From positions 1 through 21,584 of the forward strand of contig JBCCQY010000163.1 of NCBI GenBank assembly GCA_039208735.1: a stretch of 21,584 nt of DNA, given 5' to 3'. Under the pieces are notes generated by a model. It ran no database searches and had not been told where the DNA came from. It saw only the letters and a program-made list of their open reading frames with translations. The stretch is from Myxococcota bacterium. GTDB lineage: Bacteria; Myxococcota_A; UBA796; GCA-2862545. Each line of letters starts with the position of its first letter. Within the stretch, counting starts at the first letter, position 1. Position numbers and translations under genes: made by a program. This document shows, piece by piece, positions 14,509 to 21,584 of the stretch.

Positions 14509-16230
14509 ATGCCCCAAGTCGTCACGGTCGACGAGGAGCGGCCGCTCGACCTGCATCTTGACGTTCCGCCTCGAACCCGGGTCGCCATGACCGGCCTTCC
14601 CACCGGGGCCCGCTTCATGGAGGCCGAGCGTCGGCTCGTCTTCACCCCCGATGCAATCCAAGGGCCTGCGACGCACGCGGTCACCGTCGTCCTGCGCAAC
14701 GACAACGAGGTGCGCGAACACGCCATGTCGCTTGTCATCCGAGATGCGGTCGCCCTACCCCCCATCCGGGTGACCGACCGGGAGGTCCTTACAGACGTCA
14801 CGATCCTTCACCTCGAACAAACGACGACGGCGTGGCTCGACGTTGAAAAGCGTTCTTTTGAAGCGACCTTATCGATCCCCCACCCCGCGTCGGAACGACT
14901 TCCCGTCTTGGTCCGCATGCACGGGTTTGGCGACGCAGCGTTCGACATCGAACCCTCTTTCGATGCCATCGTCCTGCGTCCCGAGGACCCGGACACGACC
15001 TACTGGTGGGGCTACCAGGCCCCCAATGGCACGTTCGTGCCCTACACCCTTCGCCGGGTGCTCCACCTCCTCGGTTGGGTGATCGAACAGTTCCCGCAGG
15101 CCGATCCGGAGCGCGTCCGGGTGGAAGGGATGTCGATGGGGGGATTTGGCGCGCTGATGTTTGGGGCTCATCACGCGCGGCACATCGCCATGGTCGATGC
15201 CCGGCTCAGCCAGCCGGTTCCCCTGCTTCACCGGGACCACCGCATCCGGTCGCTCCGCGATGTGTGGGGCCCCACGCCCGCCCCTCGGGGACCCGATCCC
15301 TGGAAGCTCGGTGACTTCACCTGGCTCCTACGGCATCAACCCGCTACGCGAGAGCAGCTTTATTACCTTCGCAACCGCAAAGATGACTCCGCGATCTTCT
15401 TTCGCAGTTTTGGGGGACCGAGCCCGTTCACCCGACGCTCCACGGTCACCGCACTCGCCGAATTCACGGCAGGGCACGTGGTGTACTGGGATGAAGGCAG
15501 TCACACCGAGCCCGACCCGCTGCTTCATGAGGACTGGTGGGAATCCGAGTCGGACCTGCTGCTGGACGGCACGACCTTCGTGGCTCGTTCACTGTCGTTT
15601 CCGGCCTTTACCCAAGCAAGTGACGATTCGGACCCCGGCGACGGCCAACGAAGACCGGGCGTGCCCCTGCGCCAGGATGGCGACTATTCAGGTCATGTCG
15701 CGGTTCCTTACGATTCAGGCTGGTCGGGCGACCGTACCGGCACGATCAATCATGGTTTGCGATGGGACGCCCGACGCCTCGTCGACACGTGGGAACGTTG
15801 GTCGGTGCCCCTTCGAACCAAGGGTGGGCAACCTCGCACGGTGGCCGTCACCCCGCGCCGGGTCCAGGCGTTTCACCTCAAGCCCGGCGAAGCGGTGGAT
15901 TGGCAGTATGGCACCCAACAAGGACGGGTCCGCGCCGATGCGGCGGGCGCGGTGACGATTTCCGATCTCCCGATCGACGGGCAATGGCGGAGCCTCGACC
16001 TCTTCCGGGTGGATGTCGCTACGAACGACGACGGCGTCGCCCTTTCCGATCCTTCTTTCGGGCCACCCGCACCCGGCGACCGTTCGGCTGCTTCGCAATG
16101 TAGGCCAGCGAACGAGCAAACTCGGGATGGGCACGCAACCCCTCGACCGAATCGAGATCCCGATTTGGGGCGCGCAACTCCGCATTGTCGAACATCGCAT
16201 GGATCGTACGATGACATGCCGCACAAATAA
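14509..16230 (+). CDS. Ig-like domain + alpha/beta-hydrolase protein, probably exported; true start likely upstream (about 14402-14413)
   Basis: TGLPTGARF...VFTP (putative Ig/cadherin-like); HGFG; nucleophile elbow GMSMGG (15127-15144); candidate catalytic His in WDEGSH; an in-frame signal-like stretch lies upstream of ATG 14509. Confidence 0.78.
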   Translation: MPQVVTVDEERPLDLHLDVPPRTRVAMTGLPTGARFMEAERRLVFTPDAIQGPATHAVTVVLRNDNEVREHAMSLVIRDAVALPPIRVTDREVLTDVTILHLEQTTTAWLDVEKRSFEATLSIPHPASERLPVLVRMHGFGDAAFDIEPSFDAIVLRPEDPDTTYWWGYQAPNGTFVPYTLRRVLHLLGWVIEQFPQADPERVRVEGMSMGGFGALMFGAHHARHIAMVDARLSQPVPLLHRDHRIRSLRDVWGPTPAPRGPDPWKLGDFTWLLRHQPATREQLYYLRNRKDDSAIFFRSFGGPSPFTRRSTVTALAEFTAGHVVYWDEGSHTEPDPLLHEDWWESESDLLLDGTTFVARSLSFPAFTQASDDSDPGDGQRRPGVPLRQDGDYSGHVAVPYDSGWSGDRTGTINHGLRWDARRLVDTWERWSVPLRTKGGQPRTVAVTPRRVQAFHLKPGEAVDWQYGTQQGRVRADAAGAVTISDLPIDGQWRSLDLFRVDVATNDDGVALSDPSFGPPAPGDRSAASQCRPANEQTRDGHATPRPNRDPDLGRATPHCRTSHGSYDDMPHK

Positions 16231-16327
16231 GCTCGATGTCGTGCTTGTCTTTGCGTCGTGTCTTGAGGTGATGACGGGTGAGTACGAGATCCTCGCCCGC
16301 ACGCTCACAGAGGGGGCAATGGTTCAT
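16019..16327 (-). CDS. small HNH-type endonuclease (YisB-like)
   Basis: ATG 16327 overlaps the upstream stop (ATGA); CPLCER...TRHHL...CAACHRTIH.MF.N.EL...YIAKQP; basic tail. Confidence 0.85.
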   Translation of the reverse strand: MNHCPLCERAGEDLVLTRHHLKTRRKDKHDIELICAACHRTIHAMFDNAELRAPNRDLDSVEGLRAHPEFARSLAYIAKQPNGRRVRVARKKDRKGRRRRRS

Positions 16328-19257
16328 GGTGGTTGCGTAATCGGTGAACGCGTCGAATGCGAGCGCCACCATCGCTCGAAGGCGGGCAGGTGATTCGGCG
16401 CTCGTGCAGTCAGAAACGCGGCCGTCGCCTCAACCGCAGTGCGTTCGAGCCGCCGATGCAACGCGAATCCGGCCCGTCCGGGGCTGGTCTCCCGAGCGGA
16501 AAGCGACACCCCTTCCTCGGCCAGCACCACCGGATCGGTCACCGGATGCATCTCCTCATGGAAGACCTGCATGAGCACGTGCTCCGGCGGCATCGCAAGC
16601 GAGGTCGCCACCCGGCGCACCCCACCCACCGTCGACGCCCGGGCCTGCCGACCCAGCGCGGGCACATCGACGATGACCAAGGGTGGAGGCCGCAAGCCTT
16701 GGGGGGCCCACAAGTCCGCCCGCAGCCCTTCGAGCTGCTGCAGCACATCATCCGGCAGTGAACCAAACCCCTCCACCGTGGTTTCGCGCTGCGCCTCGAG
16801 GCCGGCGATGACCGCCCGGCACAGGCGACGTCCCGGTCCATCAGCCAAGGGGGAGGGCGGCGTTCGAAGCGCCTCGACCAAGGCGTCGAGTTCAAGATGG
16901 GCGAGGCCCAAAGCCTGAAGCACCAGACGATTCTCACAACGCGGCCAGGCGTCGCTCAACGCGCGGGCCCACGGCGCGTCGACCCGAGGACCGGGCAGCG
17001 CCGCAACGTCCGATCCGAGATCGGCTGCAGCGAGGACGGCAAAGAACCGAGCCGGTCCTTCAGCGTGGGCAATCCTTACTCCCGGTACCTTTGGATCCCT
17101 GGGCCAAGGCAGCCAACCCTCGGGACCACCCAAGACAGGCCACTTGTCACGAGCAAGCACTCTCTCCATGCCCGAGCGGTCGGCAATGAGAAGGTCTTGG
17201 GGCCGAAATCTTGGACCAACGCAAAGAAATGCACGCCCTCGATTCGACAGCAGGCGACCGATGGCCGAAGGCACGCGTGGTAGCGCGGCTCCGAGCCATG
17301 CCACGTCGTAGGTCCCCGAAAGATCGAAGCGAGCCGCGGGGCCTCGAACGACCACCGTGACCTGTGGCCGATCGGCCAAAGCGGCTCGAAGGCTATCGGC
17401 GGTCACCCCATCGGGGGCCACCGCCACAACCTCACCGCGGGGCCCCACGAGGGCAGCAAGCACCGCCGCCACATGCGGGGACTGGGCCGTGAGATCGACG
17501 GCCCGCTCGCCCGGCGCGGGGGCCAGCGCCTGCATCCCGATGAGCCACGCATCCAACCCCACCGTCGTGGGAGGCCACCCCTCAGCCACCGGCTCAGGAA
17601 TGCGATTGGCCAACATGGCTTGGGCGTGCGCGACGGGAAGGTACCGATGAGGCGGCGCGTCGAAGAGCGCCCCAAGCAGCGCATCGGCGATGACGAGCCC
17701 GCGGTCGAGCCGCGCCCGCACCGCGGTCTGAAGGGCGACCATCCCCCGGTCACGAACGTCGAGGCCAATCGGTACCGCAAGGGGGGCCGCCGTGGCCTGT
17801 GGGCGGGCCTGGCGGCCCTTGGCGAGGAGCACGTCTCGGGTACGCCGCGAGAGGTTGTCGACCTCGGTAAGCTGACTACGAGCGAAGACGCGGCCGCGGG
17901 GGTGGTCAGGGCCTTCCGGGCTGCGAAACCGCTCGTGAATGCGTCGTACGAGCGGACCATATTCGTCGTGCATCCAGCGAACCCGCGCTTCGTAATCGAA
18001 GACCGCGGACGGATCGAGATGCTGGGCGCGAAATGGCCCGTCATACCAGCCTCGCCACCAGGTGGGATGGTGGAACCGGGTTCCATAGGCCGTGGCGTAG
18101 TGGTCCTGCGCTTCATGAACCTGCGAACCTGGGTAGAGCCGAAAGGGATCGACGGACAGCCACCCGTGGCTCGAAGGGCCCGATAGGAACAGCTCCCGAA
18201 CAAAATCGAGGGTCTCCATCGCCGTCTGTAGGGTCTCACCAGGATGGCCCACAATCACATTGGTGGCCCAGTTCAGTCCGTGCTTCTGCGACAGTCGAGC
18301 GAGTCTGCGCACTGCATCGAGGTAGCGATCCGGCTGATTGCCCTTCTGCATGATGCGCAGCATCGTCGGACTGCCGCTTTCGAGTCCGATGCCAATGGCG
18401 AAGCGAGCCCGTCCCAACAGATGGATGTCTTCATCGTCAAGGTCGTCGGACCGTGTCAGGGTCCAAAAGCCCATGGGCAATTGATTTCGCGCCACGATGC
18501 CTTCGAGCACCTCCCGTCGCCACCGCCGACGGAATCCAAACAGTGGATCCGCAAGGTTGATCGTCCATCCCGACAAATCGGTAAACCGTGCCAGTCGGTC
18601 GAGTTCGTCGAGCGCTCGTTCGGGGCGATAGGCACGCCATTGGTAGCCCGACTTCGCGCGTTCCATACAGAATGCACAGCGATAGGGGCAACCTCGGGAC
18701 AGGTAGATCTGGAGCTTGCGCCCGATTCGGGTAGCGTGAGGCCAATACGCGTTGAGGAGTTCCCACCGATAAGGCGGTAATTCGTCGAGATCGGGCACCA
18801 CGCGGGACGGGGCAATCCCAGGTTCGACCGATCCGCCCCCGAGTAGCCCCTCGACAAGGGTTCGCATCTCGAGTTCCGCTTCGCCGGGAATCACCCGATC
18901 GAACGGGCCCAGCAGGTCCTCTGGAAGGGCCGAAGCATGGTACCCCCCCGTGACCAAGGGCACGTGCGGGTACCGTTCACGCAAGAGACGCGCGAGCGAA
19001 AGCACCCGAAGCAATTCGAAACTCGAGTACGCCGAAACCCCGATGAGGAGGAAGGGTCCAAGGTCGTCGAGACGCCGTTCGAGGTCGGCAACGTCGCCGC
19101 CCTCGTAGTTCAGATCGAGGATTTCGACCCGAACCTTGGTGTGCTCGATGAGGTATCCGCCGATGGCCACAAGGTGGGGCACCCCGAAGTCGACATCCTC
19201 CCAACGCAGAATGCCAGGGCTAATCAATAGAACTGCGGGCCTGCGGTTAGGACCCAT
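16324..19257 (-). CDS. B12-binding radical SAM protein fused to a PCMT-like methyltransferase domain and a C-terminal HExxH domain (977 aa)
   Basis: Start refined to ATG 19257. B12-binding region (PHLVAIGGYL, EILDLN, LVTGGYHAS, GEAE); SRGCPYRCAFC (18667-18690); IGLESGS..ML..M.K; IVGHPGET; PCMT-like PGERAVDLTAQSPHVAAVLAALVGPRGEVVAV...YDVAWLGAA; FHEEMHP (16546-16560). Confidence 0.9.
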   Translation of the reverse strand: MGPNRRPAVLLISPGILRWEDVDFGVPHLVAIGGYLIEHTKVRVEILDLNYEGGDVADLERRLDDLGPFLLIGVSAYSSFELLRVLSLARLLRERYPHVPLVTGGYHASALPEDLLGPFDRVIPGEAELEMRTLVEGLLGGGSVEPGIAPSRVVPDLDELPPYRWELLNAYWPHATRIGRKLQIYLSRGCPYRCAFCMERAKSGYQWRAYRPERALDELDRLARFTDLSGWTINLADPLFGFRRRWRREVLEGIVARNQLPMGFWTLTRSDDLDDEDIHLLGRARFAIGIGLESGSPTMLRIMQKGNQPDRYLDAVRRLARLSQKHGLNWATNVIVGHPGETLQTAMETLDFVRELFLSGPSSHGWLSVDPFRLYPGSQVHEAQDHYATAYGTRFHHPTWWRGWYDGPFRAQHLDPSAVFDYEARVRWMHDEYGPLVRRIHERFRSPEGPDHPRGRVFARSQLTEVDNLSRRTRDVLLAKGRQARPQATAAPLAVPIGLDVRDRGMVALQTAVRARLDRGLVIADALLGALFDAPPHRYLPVAHAQAMLANRIPEPVAEGWPPTTVGLDAWLIGMQALAPAPGERAVDLTAQSPHVAAVLAALVGPRGEVVAVAPDGVTADSLRAALADRPQVTVVVRGPAARFDLSGTYDVAWLGAALPRVPSAIGRLLSNRGRAFLCVGPRFRPQDLLIADRSGMERVLARDKWPVLGGPEGWLPWPRDPKVPGVRIAHAEGPARFFAVLAAADLGSDVAALPGPRVDAPWARALSDAWPRCENRLVLQALGLAHLELDALVEALRTPPSPLADGPGRRLCRAVIAGLEAQRETTVEGFGSLPDDVLQQLEGLRADLWAPQGLRPPPLVIVDVPALGRQARASTVGGVRRVATSLAMPPEHVLMQVFHEEMHPVTDPVVLAEEGVSLSARETSPGRAGFALHRRLERTAVEATAAFLTARAPNHLPAFERWWRSHSTRSPITQPP

Positions 19258-20210
19258 GGTGCAGCGCTCGCCAGAGCAGGGGTTCGGGATGGGTGTGGTC
19301 GCCGTAGGTCGCCAAGGCCGACTCCTTGCAGCCGCCCTGACACGACCGCTCAAAGGCGCAGCCGCGGCACATCTCAGGCACGCTCCGGACGAACGTGGCG
19401 GGGTACTCGGAGGCCATGATCTCGTCCCAGTCTTGCTCGACAAGGTTGCCGAGCACTCCGGTTGACAGATTACAGCTTCGCACATTGCCGCGAACGTCGA
19501 CCACCAGGTTGGGGGAGGACGATCCAGTGGAGTAATGCCCAAATCGCACGTGGGGATACCGTTCGGGTCGGACCAAGCAGGGGGGGGATCGGCATGGCGG
19601 TTCCCACTTCGATGCCGTACGCGCGGCCCACTCGGTCCGCGACCTCGAGATCTGCTTCGATCGCCTCGATCGAAGGCATGAGCCGCTCGACGTAATGCAC
19701 TGCGCCCCCAGTGGGCGACATCCGGTTGTAGGACACGGCACGAATGCCGAGTACGTGACACAGTTGCATCACCCGCTCGAGCTGGCCTTCGTTCCGCGAC
19801 ATGGCCACGTAGCAGCACTGCACTGGAACCTTGGCTTCAACCAGTTCAACCGCTGCGCGCAGCGTGTCGTCAAAGCACACCGCTCCTTTGAGTTCGTCAT
19901 GCAACGTACGGTCGCCCGCCAACAGGGTGAGTTGCACCGCGCCAACACCAAGCTCACCAAGCCGCTTGGCGGTGGAAGCCGGGACATGGCTGCCGTTGGT
20001 GATGATGGTCACCGAGGGCACCAAGGCGCAGGCGTGGGCGACCAGATCGAGGGCGCCTGCGGCCAACAGAGGCTCTCCGCCGGGGTCCTCGGGCGCAGCC
20101 CCCCACACGTTGTAGCCGTGGGCACAGCGATGGTCGCAAGCTGCGGTCAGCTCGAAATCCAATCGAGGGACCTGGCCTGGGGTCGGATCAGCACTTGGAA
20201 CGTCCGACAC
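19247..20210 (-). pseudogene. radical SAM/SPASM domain protein (PqqE-like peptide maturase type), frameshifted and degenerate
   Basis: Track ORFs 19470-20210 and 19247-19741 join by removing one base of the G8 run at 19580-19587 (gives ...MPIPPCLVRP...). Cluster motif reads CDHRCAHG; GGEPLL, ITNG and HDELKG are present; SPASM segment GNVRSC...CRGCAFERSCQGGC. Confidence 0.85.
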
Positions 20211-20670
20211 CTTCCTTTACCTTGGCTTGCCGTATGAGGTGTCCGAGGTTCATGCGCTGCGCCATGTCGGCGGTCGGGCTGGGCGTCAGTCGGTCGACGA
20301 GGTCGGCGGGAAGCGCACCATCGGCCGCCAGCTGTTCCAGGATCTCGTCGCGGGACGGCACCGATGGGGTCACCGTGCGCGAGGACGAACTCGTCGCGCC
20401 CGTATCCGACGTGTCCCCAGTCACCGCAAAGTCGAGGCACGCTTGTACGCCCGTATCGGCGGTGGTTGCCGTAGAGGCCGTCGACGCGGTCGACGCCGTA
20501 TCGGTGCCGGTTTCCGGGTTCCCGGTATCCGCCGTGATCGTCGTGTAATCGAGGCAAGTGGCGAAATCGAGGCACGGGCCAAAGATTCCACAGGAAGTCG
20601 AGGCGAGTCCGAGCATGGAGAGAATAGAGGGGGGAAGCGGTTTGCACAGCCCCCGCCCACTCGCGCGCAT
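20188..20670 (-). CDS. putative lipoprotein with three C-L-D-[F/Y] motifs; candidate radical-SAM-modified precursor
   Basis: ATG 20670 (alternative 20616): MRASGRGLCKPLPPSILSMLGLASTSC-GIFGPCLDFATCLDY...ACLDF; Thr/Asp/Ser/Gly-rich spacers; helical segment RDEILEQLAADGALPADLVDRL; overlaps the radical SAM start. Confidence 0.75.
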   Translation of the reverse strand: MRASGRGLCKPLPPSILSMLGLASTSCGIFGPCLDFATCLDYTTITADTGNPETGTDTASTASTASTATTADTGVQACLDFAVTGDTSDTGATSSSSRTVTPSVPSRDEILEQLAADGALPADLVDRLTPSPTADMAQRMNLGHLIRQAKVKEGVGRSKC

Positions 20671-20682
20671 TCGGAGTTCCCC

Positions 20683-21584
20683 ATGCACCCTCCGATCGAG
20701 CAACTTCGACGTTGGATCGGCGTCCGGTTTGGCACGCCCGCAACCCTGGAGCCGCTTGGCGAAGGTGAAGACTATTGGGCCGTGGTTGCCGATGGGGTCC
20801 GGGTCTACCGCTTTCCCAAGGCGGAGCACGTGGTGCGTCAGCTCGAAGCCGAAATCGCCGTCCTGCCGAAACTCCAGCACCTCCCCTGCCCCGTTCCCAG
20901 AATCGATGCGATAGGCCGACCCGATGGACGCGACGACCTAGCCTGGCCCTTCCTCGGCTACCCGATGCTGCGCGGGGTGTTCGCCAGCCGCGACACGGTG
21001 CCCAATCCCGACGCTTTCCTTGACGAACTCGCCGAGGTTCTTGCGGTCCTTCATACAACCCCGGAGGTGTCTCCGTTCAACGATGCGCCTGGCGTGGCTT
21101 GGGAGCCGGAACCCATCGAGGTGGACCATCCCGTCGGGGTCCGCGTGGTGCAGTGGCTCGAGGCGCACCCGCGAAATGACGGCCCCCACGCCTTCTGTCA
21201 CGATGACCTTGGGATGGGGCATGTGCTCATCGATCCCGACTCGAATCGCATCACAGGCATCATCGACTGGGGCGATTGCCGATTCACCGACCCTGCAGTG
21301 GACTGGATCGGCGCCGTCTACCACTGGCCCTCGCTCGTCGAACGGCGCCTCCCCGCTGAGACGCTGCTTCGTACCTGGAGCTGGGCCCTCCAGTACGGCC
21401 TAAACGACTGTCTCGAGGGTGCCGACTGGTCGGTCCTCGAAACCCGATTGGCCATCGCAGAGAAGGCGTTCGACGAACCCGTGCTGACGGGGATCTCCAT
21501 GGCCGATAGCGATGGCGCAACAGCACGGAGATCGGCATGGCGAATCGAAGTCGCGAGGAGTGGCGGGAGCTTGTCTGGCAGTGG
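20683..21584 (+). CDS. aminoglycoside phosphotransferase (APH/choline kinase-like) family protein; no stop within the window (not in ORF track)
   Basis: Manual translation from ATG 20683 (RBS GGAG): ...LEPLGEGEDYWAVVADGVRVYRFPK...LEAEIAVLPKL..LPCPVP...FLGYPMLRG...LAVLH...FCHDDLGMGHVLID...ITGIIDWGDCRFTDPAVD. Confidence 0.88.
   Translation, partial: MHPPIEQLRRWIGVRFGTPATLEPLGEGEDYWAVVADGVRVYRFPKAEHVVRQLEAEIAVLPKLQHLPCPVPRIDAIGRPDGRDDLAWPFLGYPMLRGVFASRDTVPNPDAFLDELAEVLAVLHTTPEVSPFNDAPGVAWEPEPIEVDHPVGVRVVQWLEAHPRNDGPHAFCHDDLGMGHVLIDPDSNRITGIIDWGDCRFTDPAVDWIGAVYHWPSLVERRLPAETLLRTWSWALQYGLNDCLEGADWSVLETRLAIAEKAFDEPVLTGISMADSDGATARRSAWRIEVARSGGSLSGS
21462..21584 (+). mobile_element. possible left end of an IS66-family element with start of a TnpA-like ORF at 21537
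   Basis: GAAGGCGTTCGACGAACCCGTGCTGACGGGG resembles IS66-type termini (usually GTAAGCG...). 75 bp later, RBS GGAG + ATG 21537 gives MANRSREEWRELVWQW, like the N-terminus of IS66 accessory TnpA proteins. Only 123 bp are visible. Confidence 0.5.

Noticed and set aside
19580..19587. G8 tract as a phase-variation switch
   Set aside because: Restoring the frame would still leave the Cys-to-Gly change and the apparent deletion, so a reversible switch is unlikely.
19258..19818. N-terminal 187 aa of the 1164-aa track ORF
   Set aside because: Arg/Pro-rich alternate-frame read of the rSAM/SPASM gene; the B12-binding domain starts at ATG 19257.
20400..20535. TAS/TADTG repeats as a CRISPR array or as the core peptides
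   Set aside because: These are short in-frame low-complexity codon repeats without a repeat-spacer structure; DTG-rich linkers are nonspecific. No CRISPR array, tRNA or rRNA was seen in the window.
20671..21324. Minus-strand ORFs 20147-21058, 20938-21324 and the extension of the lipoprotein ORF to 20880
   Set aside because: They are antisense to the clearly recognisable APH kinase frame starting at 20683.

Overview
GC-rich, densely coding bacterial DNA. The MYXO-CTERM-type sorting signal, Cys-rich lipoproteins and DTG-rich linkers suggest a Myxococcota-like organism (inference). In order, the window holds: a partial FHA-domain gene (-); a DUF1800/DUF1501 pair; two hypotheticals; a minus-strand operon encoding YceI, a monoheme cytochrome/porin fusion (Cyc2-like architecture) and a MYXO-CTERM-anchored monoheme cytochrome; a divergent Rieske[2Fe-2S]-ThDP enzyme fusion; ttcA; two hypotheticals; a GNAT; an M43-like metalloprotease lipoprotein; a STAS anti-anti-sigma factor; DUF4301; and an Ig-like/alpha-beta hydrolase. 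Next is a minus-strand RiPP-like operon: a lipoprotein with three C-L-D-[F/Y] motifs, a decayed radical SAM/SPASM gene, a 977-aa B12-radical SAM/PCMT-like/HExxH three-domain protein, and an HNH nuclease. A divergent APH-family kinase follows (absent from the ORF track) and appears to run into the left end of an IS66-like element at the window edge. The best candidates for undescribed systems are the lipoprotein/radical-SAM operon (16019-20670) and the YceI/cytochrome-porin/surface-cytochrome operon (4424-6577). All calls come from reading motifs by eye; no searches were run.
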